This document shows positions 51,326-63,449 of a stretch of DNA of 64,000 nucleotides, in pieces. Numbering within the stretch: position 1 is the stretch's first letter; each line of letters begins with the position of its first letter. This DNA is from Vicugna vicugna (taxonomy: Eukaryota): positions 5,560,716 through 5,624,715 of the forward strand of contig MU058337.1 of assembly GCA_013265495.1 (NCBI GenBank), read 5' to 3'. A program made the translations under genes and the position numbers. The notes under the pieces were generated by a model. It was not told the DNA's origin and did not search any database. It saw only the letters and a program-made list of their open reading frames with translations.

Positions 51326-52184
51326 CACTGACAGCTGCACAAGTCTTTGACCTTGATAGAACACGAATATAAACAGCAATGACATTAAGAAAAAAACCTG
51401 TCTGGATGCTGGAAATGTCAATCTTTGCAGTTTATAAGCAGTTCAACATCAAGGGAACATGAGTCATCGTGAGTTGAAGGTATCTTGGATGAGTTACGAT
51501 AGTTATGCTGACAGCCTCATAAGTTAAGTATGATGCTTTCGGGAATAAACAGATGCAACGGATTCAGCAAATTTCTACAACTTTTCCAAGAGACGTTGAA
51601 AACTGAAAGAGAGTCAGATTTTAATTGCAAAACTATTTAGGTCTTAAACCCCTAGCACCTAATCCAGCCATTGTGACTTACTGGATTGTGGTTTACAATT
51701 TACTGGATGAAATAAGATTTCTCTTTAGTTTCCTCTACCAAAAATGGAGAATTCTCTTGCCCACCAGCAGATAAGTTCTTGCCCACAACGTTTTCTTTAC
51801 TTTGTGGATTTTCTAATACAGCCCTCTTTTTACAGTTTACCTAGTGCAGTCCAGCAAACAGGATAATAGAAAGACGAGAGTAAATGTTGTTACAAGAAAA
51901 GGAGATGTCAAGACACCAACTTTCTTCAAGTGAAATCATCAGTGGAAGTGGGCCAGAGCCCTGGTGCTCATCACCTGGTCTCAGATTGCTCCATTACTTC
52001 TCACAAAGTGGGCGGGACCAGGCCTAGCATGGTCTGTAATCACAGCAATACTTCTGGGTTGGGATTGCGTTAGCTGGTTGGTCCAAACTCCCTCTGTTCT
52101 CCTGGTCCCTGGAAGAATATGGCTCTTCTTCTCTCTTTACATCCTTTCACTCACTCATTCATTCACCAGAATCTGTGATCACTT

Positions 52185-52561
52185 CGTAAGTCAGGTAGGG
52201 CTAGGCTCTGCTGTCAAAAAAAACAACTCCAAAATCTTTGTGTCTTAACACAACCGAAGTTCATTTCTCCCCTTGCAAAGTCAAAGTGTATCTCTAGGGC
52301 AGCTGCTCACCACGCAGCAGCTTAGAGACCCAGGCTTCCTCCACTAACATCACACAAGGCTTCCTCAGCTGCCACCACAAAAGGAAAATCTATCATGGGG
52401 AGGCTCTCACTGACAGTTAAATGCTTTGACCCCAAAATGGCACATGTTAACTACTGCTTACAGCCCATTGACTAGAACTAATTATGCACTCTCCCAGCTG
52501 CAAGACAAGCTGGGAAATTCAGTGGAGTGCATGGAACATTTGGTGAGCGTTACTGTCTCTG
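52185..52561 (-). mobile_element. Old MaLR LTR (MLT1I/J-like)
   Basis: agtcaggtagggctaggctctgctg...tcttaacacaac...gacccaggct...cccattgactagaacta...gctgggaaat. Confidence 0.7.
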
Positions 52562-52592
52562 AATTCCAGACCTGCACTGTAATATGGTGTGT

Positions 52593-52911
52593 AATATGCT
52601 ATCCAACATGGTAGCCACCAGCCACATATGGCTGTTGGGTGCTTTGGACTGTGGCTGATCCAAATTGAGATGTGCAGTAAGTGAAAAATACATACCAGAT
52701 TTTAAAGACTTAGTATGATAAAGAATGCAAAGCATCTCACTTATAATTTTGTATTGATTATATGTTAAAATGATAATTTTAATACATTGCGTTAAATAAA
52801 ATATATTATTGAAATGAATTCTACATGCTTCCTTTTACTTTTTTACTGTGGCACTAAAATTTTTTTTGATTACAGATATGGATCATAGTATATTTCTATT
52901 GGACAGCACTG
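52593..52911. mobile_element. MER33 hAT-Charlie MITE
   Basis: tccaacatggtagccaccagccacatatggct...ttgagatgtgcagtaagtg...tatttctattggacagcactg. Confidence 0.88.
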
Positions 52912-53401
52912 TTCTGGACTTTGCTCCAAGATCTGGGGATGGAGAAATTTAAACAAGGCACTGCCTCTATCTCCAGGGTGCTCTGCATACCCCAGGCCTT
53001 GTGGGGCATTACCCTTCTAATCCTCTGCTTCCTCATCTGTAAACCCTGGATAACTGTCTTCCCTTCATAAGGCTACAGTGAGAATTAAATGAGGTCACGC
53101 ATATAAAGTACTGTGAGCATTCATAATTCTTAGTCACTTTTCTGTTGCTTTTCTTATCCCTGGGCAAAGTAAAAAAACCCACTTCTCCTTTTTCCCATTT
53201 TACGCTACCCTGGTGGTTCTGCCCCTGGTTCCTGTCAAGAAGCAAGACAACAACCCTACCTATTTTTAATGTACAAAAGAGGCATAGAGCTAAGAACACA
53301 TGGGGCAAGTCTCAGCCTGCCCCACTGGGATGGGAATTTGAACCAAACCAGATGACCAAGAGGTTAACAAAAGCATAGAAGAGAGATTCTGGCTAAAGGA
53401 A

Positions 53402-53648
53402 TACAAAGAGTAATTTGGGGGAATGTTGCCATGTGTCATATTTTAATCAACCACTTTGATTTTGTTAGTCTTCAAGACATTACTGTTGTAAGTGTAGTAA
53501 AGTTTAGATGAAAAACACAGGATTTACAAAGAGTAATTTGGGGGAATGTTGCCATGTGTCATATTTTAATCAACCACTTTGATTTTGTTAGTCTTCAAGA
53601 CATTACTGTTGTAAGTGTAGTAAAGTTTAGATGAAAAACACAGGATTT
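53402..53648. repeat. Perfect tandem duplication of a 123-bp unique segment (2 copies)
   Basis: 53402-53524 and 53525-53647 are identical base for base. Confidence 0.97.
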
Positions 53649-54539
53649 CAGTCAACTCAAGAAGAAGACAATTGTTCAGAGAAAGAAGTGTGCTGTGCTG
53701 GTGGGCGGTGGCGGGATGTGGTCATTAAAGACAGAGGCCAGACTGAGACAGGAGGGGAAGCTGGACTAAACATAATTTGGAAGTCCCCAAGCCAGCATAC
53801 TTTAAATATTTGTTTACCACTTACCTGGAGAACCAAACATGCACCACCTTTGGGAGGGCAGGAGCACAGGGGCTCTGGTGGGTGGCTCTCTGGTTAGCAA
53901 AACAGTTACCCCTAGAGCTCACTGACGCCACCTCTTTTAAGGAAAGTGATGGCATACTTTTGTGAGTATGCCCTTTGGGAGCCTCAATCTTACCTTCAGA
54001 AGCAGTACTTCCCCCTGAGGGAAGTACTGTGCTGTATCCGCTCGGCTGTGTAACAGGTGAGATGGCTTTCTGTCTTTGCAGCCTCTTAGCAGGTTGCCTG
54101 TGAAGTGCATCATGATCTGGTTCAGTGCTTACTCAACAATAAAACTGGTTTCCTTCTCTACTGCCTTTGTGGAGAGAATTCTGGGCTGGGAGAAGATTCT
54201 GTCCTTAGTTCTATTTCTAGTTCCCCAGGAGGGTTCAGTTCTGGGTACCCTCCCTGCAGCCTGAGAGACAACAGGCCATGCAGGATGGAAGGACTTGGGG
54301 GAGGCACAGGACTAGCAAACCCACTGTTAGGACTGAGCTCTGGAGATGTTTTCTATCTTCTGATTCCTCTCTGGGCTGTGAACCCTAGAGAAACACAAAC
54401 ACTTGGTGATCACTCACTCAAAGCATTTGCACCACATGCTGCCATGGGCCCCAGCGGTTAAGAACAGTGTGTTGCTGCATGAACTTGACCTCTGAGCTAC
54501 TCAAATATCAGGTCTCAGGTTGGGCCCTGGTTTCCCTCC

Positions 54540-54885
54540 TCCAGGTTATGACTCTCACGGGGGATTAGTATCAGCATCACCTGAGGAGCATTTTCAGTCT
54601 GCAAATGTCCACTTCCCAACCCAGACCCACCGAATCAGAGACTCTAGGGATGGGGCTGGGCAGTCTGGGTTTAACAAGCTCTCCTAGTTATTATGCTGTT
54701 CATTAGAGCTTCAGAACCACTGCCTTAGACCAACAGTTTAAACCTGAGGAGTGTTCGAAAGACTGATGTCTGGGTCTCAGTGATTCTGATTTAATTGGCT
54801 TGGAGTCAGCCTGCTTAAAAATTCCCATCATTTTTAAGACTACCTAGAGGTTTTTAATGTGCAACCCAGCCTAAGAACCTCTGCC
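54540..54885. mobile_element. Two adjacent MER5-type MITEs (MER5A-like about 54540-54723; MER5B-like about 54730-54885)
   Basis: atcagcatcacctgaggagc...gaatcagagactctagggatgggg...ttaacaagctctcc...agaaccactg; tgattctgatttaattgg...taagaacctctg. Confidence 0.8.
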
Positions 54886-55467
54886 TCAAAAAGTCTCAAT
54901 AAATGGATTCCTCCTGCATGAACCCCTTGAAATTTTGTATAAAATTGAGTATGTGTGCAAATGTGAATTTTTCTGGAAGAGGATCTACATATAACTTCCA
55001 TCAAATTCTCAGATGAGTCTGTTTATCCCAAAAGTGTTTAATAATATGAGGGTTTAAGAGATAGTGCATTTTGTCTTATATACTTAGTAATGAGGAGACT
55101 TCATAAAGAAAACAGTTCAAAATTTAATGAGTGCCAGAGGTGCTAAATTAATATTAACCTTTTCAACCAATAACAATATGGTTTTGTATATCTTAGAGCA
55201 GGGAAGGGAAAAGTGAGGACAGCTGTTACTGCATACTAGTCTTTATCACTGTTGTCACTGGAATTTATTCAATACCCTAGAGAACAGGCTGCCATAGTGG
55301 GTACTCGTTCATCTCATTTGACCCCCATCACCCCCTGTGAGCTATGACAGAGCAGGTAATGTGACCCTATTTACACCTGAGAAGCTGACTGACTTGCTTA
55401 AGATCACACAAGTTATAACAAAACACAGACTTAAATGAAGCTATTTGTCAGTGTTTGGTCTCAAGTA

Positions 55468-55812
55468 TGAGAGACTGAATATAAAACGGACAGTGGCCAG
55501 ACCATCTATAAAAGACAATTCTGACTCACAACCTGCAGTAGCCTGCCCAGGAAGCCAACCCCGTGTCTACAATAAACAGCCTGGGAAGCCAGCCTGCGGT
55601 CAGTCGGACTTGCAGCAGCCAGATTATCATCCCTAGTAACAATACAGGAAGTTAAACAATCACTTCTGTAACCGTCTGCCCCAAATAGTCAGGTCTTCAT
55701 TAATAACTGAGAGCTTTCCTGATTGTTGACCTCAGTTCCTGCTTAGTGCCAACCAGAGAAAGCCAAACGTGCACCCTAACCCATCATGGAGAAGCCCTGC
55801 TCCTAGGCAGCA
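55468..55812 (+). mobile_element. ERV1 (MER4-group-like) LTR 5' part
   Basis: TG start; tggccagaccat...ctgactcacaacctgcag...ccaggaagccaacc...ccaaccagagaaagccaaa. Confidence 0.7.
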
Positions 55813-55911
55813 ATCTGACCTTCACCTTTGGACCTGACTCTAGGGTAATGGTGATTTCTTAACTGTGAATAGGTTTGCTGTTGGTATTTTCACTTTTTCA
55901 AAGCACTCTTT

Positions 55912-56007
55912 TTTAATTTTTTTTTACTATAATATAGTTGATTTACAGTATTATATTAGTTTCAGGTGTACAACATAGTGAGTCAATATTTTTGTAAATT
56001 ATACTTC
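55912..56007 (-). mobile_element. Short L1 3' tail
   Basis: Poly-T followed by atagttgatttacagtattatattagtttcaggtgtacaacatagtga. Confidence 0.88.
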
Positions 56008-56022
56008 CAAAGCATTCTCTTT

Positions 56023-56115
56023 AAAAAAAATTTTTTTTAATGGAGGTACTGAGGATCGAACCCAGGACCTTGTGCATGCTAAGCATGTGCTCTACCACCG
56101 AGCTATACCCAACCT
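56023..56115 (-). mobile_element. tRNA-Ala(AGC)-derived SINE (camelid Vic-1 type)
   Basis: Minus strand gggtatagctcggtggtagagcacatgcttagcatgcacaaggtcctgggttcgatcctcagtacctcca followed by an A/T-rich tail. Pol III A and B boxes are present; acceptor and anticodon stems are broken. Confidence 0.9.
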
Positions 56116-57359
56116 CAAATCATTCTTTGTTATCATTCTTCTTATTGAATTCGAGGTGTGTGGTGCAGAGAAATGAGAGGAAACTGACCTACAGAAAGGT
56201 TGTGTAGCTTGCTTAGGGTCACATGACCAGGGTCTAAGTCTTCGAACAAGGCTCTCTGGTTCTTTTCCGAAAGCACACAGTGCCACCCAAGGCAAAAACA
56301 CAGGAGACTGCTGCCTTCACATTGCCAGCCCATATCTCTCTTCCATCATTACCTGCTCACCTTGTCCGCAGGGAGCCTGGAATATGTTTCCTTCACAACC
56401 TCTTAATGACACAGTAGGGTTGCAGAAGGACATTGCTGAGTCATTTCCCACCCAAGGAAAAGTGTTATTTATAGCAATCTGCACAAACCAACTCTGGTGT
56501 TAGCTGAAATGACTTCCTTCTGGCACAGGAATAAGTACCAGGCTAATTGTCATCAGCTCATTAAGTATACATGGGCTGCTAATTACCTCCTCCAAGTTTT
56601 CCTCTCTCTCTACCTTGGACATAAGTTCTTTAGCCTCTCCCCAATATGTTGCTTTTCATAAAACTTCCAATATAGTTTAAATCAATATTGTGCATTCTTG
56701 GCAAAGGATGGCTATGGGGAAAACCGGAAATATGCAATACTTCCACCAGTGTGTGATCTCTATATTTATAACTATCATTTTGTTTGACCCTCCTCCCTGC
56801 GTTTCTGCCATTCGTCCTTTCACACTGCTTCCCTTTCCCTTTTACATCGTCCTCCCCTGTGCTCACCAGCTCTTCCGTGTTGCCCACGGACCAAATGGAT
56901 GTTGACTCCTAGAAGGCAGGACTCGCTTCTTGTTCTTGAGCTTCACATCAAGGTGCCTGGCTGAGGTTTGTACACCATCGCACAGGTTAAAATTAGCAGC
57001 AACAAGATATGTTTCTTGACATTTACTACGTTACTTGAATGAGTTCTAATTCCATATTGTCTTGCACTTTATCTTTTTACACGTATATGACTAGATACCC
57101 AGAGAGCCCATAAGCCAGTTACTACCATATCTTCCCTTCATATTATAGCCCTGTTAGCTGTCACTGAGTTAGTGCCCGAAGAATTTGGTTGAATCAATGT
57201 CTTTCTTATACAGTGCACCCAGTTCCCAGTATTTGGAAAAATAAGCCTGTGTGATTTTTTTTTCTAAGATTTAAATAAAATCTCTCCTCATACATGTCCA
57301 TTTTCTTATCTTGCTTGTTCCTAGATACAGGAGTACATAGTAAGTTTAATTTTTCTCTT

Positions 57360-57460
57360 TCTCCAACTGCTTTATTTAACTTAACATAATACCCTCAAGG
57401 TCCACCCATGTTGTTACAAATGACAAGATTTCATCTTTTCATGGCTGAGTAGTATTCCAT

Positions 57461-57499
<39 letters not shown>

Positions 57500-57580
57500 G
57501 CACGAGTGCGTGTATCTTTATCCATTCATCTCCTGATGAACACATATTGTTTCCACATCTCAGCTACTGTAATAAACATA
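57360..57580 (-). mobile_element. L1 (L1MA-like) 3' fragment containing an expanded (TG)13(CG)n repeat at 57461-57504
   Basis: ccatgttgttacaaatgacaagatttca...atggctgagtagtattccattgtgt...tctttatccattcatc. Confidence 0.88.
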
Positions 57581-58147
57581 GGGCCAAATAAATTTTAAAA
57601 AATTTTTTCTAATTAAAAATTAAAATAAATTTTCTCTCACATTTAACTCTTACTAATAAGAAATATTATCAAAACTCTTATCCTTGAAATTTGGAGTGCA
57701 CATATATATCTGCATAGAACTTTGTTTGAGACTTCAAACATAGCTAAATGCTTGACACTCCCATGTCTACACTTGTACACAAATATTACAAAACTTGCTT
57801 AGAGAGTAAGATAATTAAAAAAGGAAATGATCACTGAAGTGAGATTTTACCTTGGCCGTGGCATAGATTAATGTTTGAGGTCTTTAAAATGTTAAGATAA
57901 AGTGTTACAAAGAGGTAAGTTGAAATTTGTAGGACACTGCATATGGAATGATATTATTTGCTCTGTAACACACATGCTTATCGATGCATGAAAAAGGACT
58001 TTTACTCTTCACTTTTCATTCTTTTTCTAAAATTTTACAAATGGGTGTAGTCATATTCCATATTCCTGTTTTCTTTATGAAAATAGGCAGCAGGCTGGAT
58101 TTGGCTCATGGACCATAATTTATCAACCTCTGGTCTAAACTAATATT

Positions 58148-58310
58148 GTAGCCACTAGCCACATGTGGCTATTTACACTTAGTTAAAATAAAATAAAATT
58201 TAAAATTTAGTTTCTCAGTTGCACTAGCCACATTTCAAGTGCTCAGTGACCACATGAAGCTGGTAGCCACCATACAGCACAAATACAGAACGTTTTCATC
58301 ATCACAGAAT
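58148..58310. mobile_element. MER3 hAT-Charlie MITE
   Basis: gtagccactagccacatgtggctattta...cagttgcactagccacatttcaagtgctca...tcatcatcacagaa. Confidence 0.85.
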
Positions 58311-59900
58311 AAACTCATCTCTCAAGATCTTCAAACTATATCAGAACTCTTTGGATAAGAGTTTTTAAAAAAGCATTTTATCCCCTAAGCTACTAAATCC
58401 TAGTCATTTTTGACACTTACTCAATATGAATGATCTATAACAGCATCAAGCGGTGTGAAAGTTTCAGATTCAGCACAAAATTGCCATGGTGTGATTTTAA
58501 GCAACATTTTAATTTTCACCAGAGACAAGGTGTTAAAAAGCATGTTGGAATTTTATTTAGAAGATTTAAGAATGGAAAATCTAAATGATCTATACAATAA
58601 AGATTATAGGGTTGGCCTCCATTTATCTTTTTTTTAAATATCTGAGGAAACTGAAGTCTAAAATATGGTAATTTTGAATAAAACCAAAAATGGTAAGTGG
58701 GGGGAAACAGGTGAGACAGATAGAAATCTGAAATAACCATGTGTAGGAAATGTATCACCAAAAACCATCTGGCTTCAGAAGCATTTGAAAGGGACTTTGT
58801 CCAAGAATTACTTTCCATGTCTTCTACCCAAGAGCTTGTTCTGGTTTCCTTACGAATCAGGGGTAGAAGCAAGATGAGACATGGACACTTTCTTTTTAAA
58901 ACCGTGAGTTAAAAGAGTCTCCAAATGATGAAAAGGCAACTTGCAAAACCATACAGAACATGAAGAATGAGGAGGACTTTAAGAGAAAGCAACACCTGTT
59001 CCCCATTTCCCACCTGCTCATCAGATTTGTACAAGCTGCCATTTTCCCCCTGCATTTCTTGGTGAGTTAGGTGGACACACTATTATCGTCCCCATGAAAT
59101 TCCCTTTACAAAGGGAGGATTCGCATTCTGGTAAAAACAGAAATTCAGAACCAATGACCTGAGGGCGGTTCAGGTTCACCCATGCCCCTGGCAGCCAAGT
59201 GAAGTTGCCTCCTCAGAAGCCCATTTGAAAGGGGGTGCATAGGCAGGTGCCACAGCAGCAGCAATCAGCGTTTGTGCTCAAAAAATCATGGCTGTGAACT
59301 ACAGAAGGGAGGATCAAGAGTCAGGAGCAAGGCAGCTTGTTTTTGACTTTGAAGGCACACCACAACAGGAGACCAGGAAGGAATGTGCTCAGTTAAACCT
59401 GGCACAGGTGAGGGCCAACAGTCTTGTTCCAAACTGCATAAATTTTATAATTAAAAGTTGGGGGTGGCCAAAATAAATAGAATGACATTAATCAAGGCTT
59501 AAAAATACCAGTGAACAAATCAGTCTCTTTCCTTTCAAAGAAAATTTGACAGCTTCCAAAGGTCACCATCTGTGCAAATGGCACCCGTATTTTAATTGTT
59601 TAACTAGCTCAGGTATCAAAAGACAGCTGTGGCTCCAGTAGGAACCCCAGCATCACATACAGCAGGCCAGGAAACTGTATGCACATGGTTATGGTCGCAG
59701 TCCCCATGACGGTCATCATCCCCAGTCCCTACCCAAGCCCTCTTTTTTCTCTGACTCAGTTTCCCTTTATAAAAATGTCCAAAATGTGAGCCTCCTCATA
59801 GGAATTTTCTGGGATTGATGTGGTTTCTGGAGACATACTTTGCAGATGAAGGCAGTGAATTTCACATGAACAAATAAAAGTGAGCTGTGGTTCTCTAAAG

Positions 59901-60058
59901 CAGTGCTTCTCAAACTTTAATGGGATGTACCTCACCTGGGGATCCTGTTGAAATTCTGATTCAGGAGACCTGGGTGAGGCCTGAGGTTCTGCGCCTTTAA
60001 CTAGCTCCCAGGCGATGGAGATGCGGCTGGTCCATGGACCACACTTTGAGGAGCAAAG
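59901..60058. mobile_element. MER5A1-type MITE
   Basis: cagtgcttctcaaactttaat...tcacctggggatcctgtt...ctggtccatggaccacactttgag. Confidence 0.88.
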
Positions 60059-60609
60059 CTAAGAAGCATATTAATTTTCCATGGTCAAGGAATGGTTTTT
60101 AGGCATGGGATTGATTTAGATACAGAATCGGAAAATATTAGAGTGAGATGGGACCTAAGAGATTATCTAGAATAAACTCTTCATTTTCAAGGAATGCTTA
60201 AGGGTCTCATCCAGAGTCACACCACAGAGTAGTGCAAGATGCAGGGTCTGGCTCCCATTTTTCAGACACGATAGTACAGATCCCAAGTGCCTGCAGTGTG
60301 TGCTGTGATGGAAGGGAGGGGAGGGGAGCCCAGCAGGGAGAAGAGAAGAGGGGAGGGATTTTATTTCTCACCCGTCTACATAACTGAGTTAAAGAGCGTG
60401 GTTCACAACTTTAAGAACATTGAAAACAGTTCTCAGGCTAGCTAGGTTCCAATAAAATCAATTCACAAAGATTGTTTCATTTCTATCCACATTTTTCCTT
60501 GTAAACAATACAATCACAGTCTGAAAAAGCAGGCAAGGTGGTGGGAGCCCATTCTTACTGTCTAGTGAAAGTCTTATTTCTCTCCACTGAGGCGGAAAGA
60601 AACAGACTT

Positions 60610-60835
60610 GCAATAGCACCTACTCTGTACCTAACACGCTGCTAGTTTCTTGAGATATGTACTCCCACTTATTTCTTGCAATAAACCTGTAAAATGGATA
60701 GAATTATCCCTGCCTTTTAGAAGAGAAAACTGAATTTGAAAATGAGTAAGTACCAAGTCTATGGTAACACAGCTAGTAAGTGGCTTGTCTAGTGTTCAGC
60801 TTCATGACTGCCGACCTCAAACCCTGAGCTATATC
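60610..60835 (-). mobile_element. MIR SINE
   Basis: agcacctactctgtacc...ttttagaagagaaaactga...ggtaacacagctagtaagtggc. Confidence 0.7.
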
Positions 60836-60906
60836 TTTGTTTTCAAGCCCAAAATCATATCAGGCCCACAGTTTAAGTCAACCTATACTTAGCCTCCAAA
60901 TTTATA

Positions 60907-61387
60907 CAGGTGTATGTCAGAGATCACGCAGGTCTGGTTCCAGACCACTGCAATAAATATCACAATAAAGCAAGTTACAGGAATTTTTTGATTTCCCAGT
61001 GCATGTAAAAGTCATGGTTTTTTTTTACACCGTACTGTAGTCTACTAAGTGTACAATAGCATTATGTCTAAAAAATGTACATACTTTAACTAAAAAATAC
61101 TTTATTGCTAAAAAATGCTAGCATAATCTGAGCCTTCAGTGAGTCACAGCAGTGACATCAAAGATCACTGATCACAGATCACCATAACAAGTATAATAAT
61201 AATGAAAAAGTCTGAAATACTGCAGGAAATTACCAAAATGTGACACAGGAACATGAAGTGAGCAAACGCTGTTGGAAAAATGGCACCAACAGACTCGCTT
61301 GACACAGGACCGCCACAAACCTCCAATTCGTAAAAAGCGCAGTTATCTTCAAAGTGCAATAAAGCGTAATAAAATGAGGTCTGCCTG
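60907..61387 (-). mobile_element. Internally deleted Tigger1 MITE (Tigger1a-type), about 480 bp
   Basis: Both Tigger1 ends joined: ta|caggtgtatgtcagagat...ttccagaccactgcaataaa and caataaagcg...aaaatgaggtctgcctg; degenerate TIRs. Confidence 0.9.
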
Positions 61388-61854
61388 CTTATGTTCCATG
61401 CTCAAAAGCTACAGTTATTTCTAAAGGAAACTTTCTGTTCCACATTTTATTAGATTGTGGATCTAGGTTTTTAACAGAGTAAGCCAATTCTACCTTTCAA
61501 ACTCTCCAGCCCATAACAGTGTCTACACACTTGAGTGCTTAAATACCTCTTTACAGTGGTTGATGAAAACTGTAAACTCACCAAGAACCACCACCAAAAT
61601 TGATGAATAAGTCAATCCCTAGGGTCCACTCAGTCATGATAGGTGGGTGTAAAGTAGGAGAGAACAAAGCCCAGGAAACTGGCAGAATGACCTAAGACCT
61701 AGGGTTCCAGACAAGAGGGTTACTGTGAAAGAGACTGTCACTGGGCTAACCAATGGGATAGAAATGTGAACAGTGTGTAACGTGTATTTTTTCTACTGCC
61801 TCAAGGACATCCAAACCAAGGCAGACAGGCAGCCTCCTGAGGTTAGGTGTGTGC

Positions 61855-62035
61855 CAGTGAGTCTCACACTTGAGCTGGCATCAGAGGTCCCCGGAGGATG
61901 TGTTAAGTTTGGGCCCATCTTCAGAGCTGCTGACCTAGAGGGGCTGGGGCCGGGGCCCAGGGATCTGCATTTCTCACAGATTCCTACAGGACACAGCTGC
62001 TGCTGATTCAAGGCTCTCACTTCGAGAACCCCTGT
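61855..62035. mobile_element. MER5A-type MITE
   Basis: ccagtgagtctcacacttgagctggcatcaga...gggcccagggatctgcatttct...acttcgagaacccctg. Confidence 0.8.
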
Positions 62036-62249
62036 TCCGTCCTTAGATCCAGGTGTACTGAAAGAGTAGAACTTGGATTCTCAATTGATTCTTTACATTT
62101 AGATGGTGTATATACAACATATGATTATTTTTATCATGCCCAATTGTGTCCCCTTGTTTTTTAAATCCTCACGATTCACTAGATATATATTTGAAGCACA
62201 ATTTTTACCTAGTACTCAAGAAAACCTATAATGGGGATATTTAAGTACT

Positions 62250-62860
62250 CTGTGCCCTCATTTTTTGTTCACTTTATCTGCCAGTTTCTGAAAAAGGGGT
62301 GTTAAAATCTCTCTCTACGAATGTAGATTTTGAATTTATTCTCTTGCTTTATTTATAGTTCAAAACTCTGATGAAAATTGTAAATTGCTTCATGATTCTT
62401 CTATCTTCTTGGTAGGTGTTTTTTTAATATAATGCATCTTTTCCTTTTCTTCCTCAATGCTTTTACCCTTGAGTTATATTTTGTCATTTTAACATTGTTA
62501 CTCCTGTTTTGTTTTTATTAACATTTGCCTGGCATATAATTTTCCTTCCCTCTATTTTCAAACTTTCTGCACCATTTGGTTTTACATTTGCCTCTTGTAA
62601 ACAGCTCATAACTGGATTTTTAAATTCAATGCCGAGAGTCTGTGTCATTCGCATAGATTATGATTCTTGACATGTTTTCACTTTCTGCTATCCTGTTTTG
62701 GTTTTCTGTTTAATGTGCACCCTTTTTACTTTTTTCTTTCCCTTGTCTCTTACTGGTAAAATTTTCTCTATTCTATTTTTCTCCTTTAAATGCTTGGAAA
62801 TTATATCTATTGCTTATTCTTTAAATGGTTACCTTAAAATTGTTAGCATGCACCTTTAAG
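62250..62860 (-). mobile_element. Very old L1 fragment (ORF2 5' / inter-ORF region)
   Basis: ctgaaaaaggggtgttaaaatctc, catttgcctggcatataattttcc, tctcttgtaaacagc. Confidence 0.7.
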
Positions 62861-62884
62861 CATATTTTCCAAAGCTTTGCAAAA

Positions 62885-63410
62885 ATTAACTCATTTATTT
62901 ATTCAAAAAACAGTCAATGCCTGCTTACTCTGTGTAGGGCACTGTCGTGGAAGCAGGGATTCTGCAAAGTATGACACAGACAATAATCCCATGGAATTTA
63001 CATTCAAGTGAAAGTAGAAAATCAATAAAGATAATAAAGATGGCCTGTGAGTATTTACAGTCCAGCAAGGAGGTCAGCGGAAAAGACAGAGGGCAGTGGA
63101 AGATAAAGTCAGGGAAGTGATGGGGGCCAGGTCATGAAGGACCATGTGGGTGAGTGATGACCTTGGCTTTTGTACTGAGTGAGTTGGGAGCCATTGGAGG
63201 GTCCTAACCAGAGGAGAGACGCCCTCCGATTTGGGCAAGGTCACTCTGGCTGCAGTGTTGCAAATCCAATGAAAGAAAGCAAAGGCAGAAGCAGGAGGTT
63301 ATTGCAAAAATCAAGCGGAACGGTGGCTTGGAACAGAGGAGTGGCCAGGGTCGTGAAAAGTAGTCAAATTCTGGATTTACTTTGAAAGTAAGGGTCAAAC
63401 ATAAAGTTTG
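62885..63410 (-). mobile_element. L2 3' region
   Basis: tcatttatttattcaa tail; gggagccattggaggg; ggtcactctggctgcagtgt; ggtggcttggaacag. Confidence 0.8.
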
Positions 63411-63449
63411 CTGGAAAATCAAATTGTAGTAGGTGCAAAAGAGAGGAGG

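Noticed and set aside
53402..53648. CRISPR array or other prokaryotic system
   Set aside because: Only two directly abutting copies with no spacers. The window is mammalian, with no cas or operon-like genes.
56040..56112. Functional tRNA-Ala gene
   Set aside because: The acceptor and anticodon stems are mispaired, and it has a tail and TSD typical of a SINE.
60313..60357. G-quadruplex
   Set aside because: The G-runs are separated by long loops in a generic purine-rich tract; weak and unremarkable.
61160..61183. Short gatcac repeats
   Set aside because: Part of the normal Tigger1 sequence.
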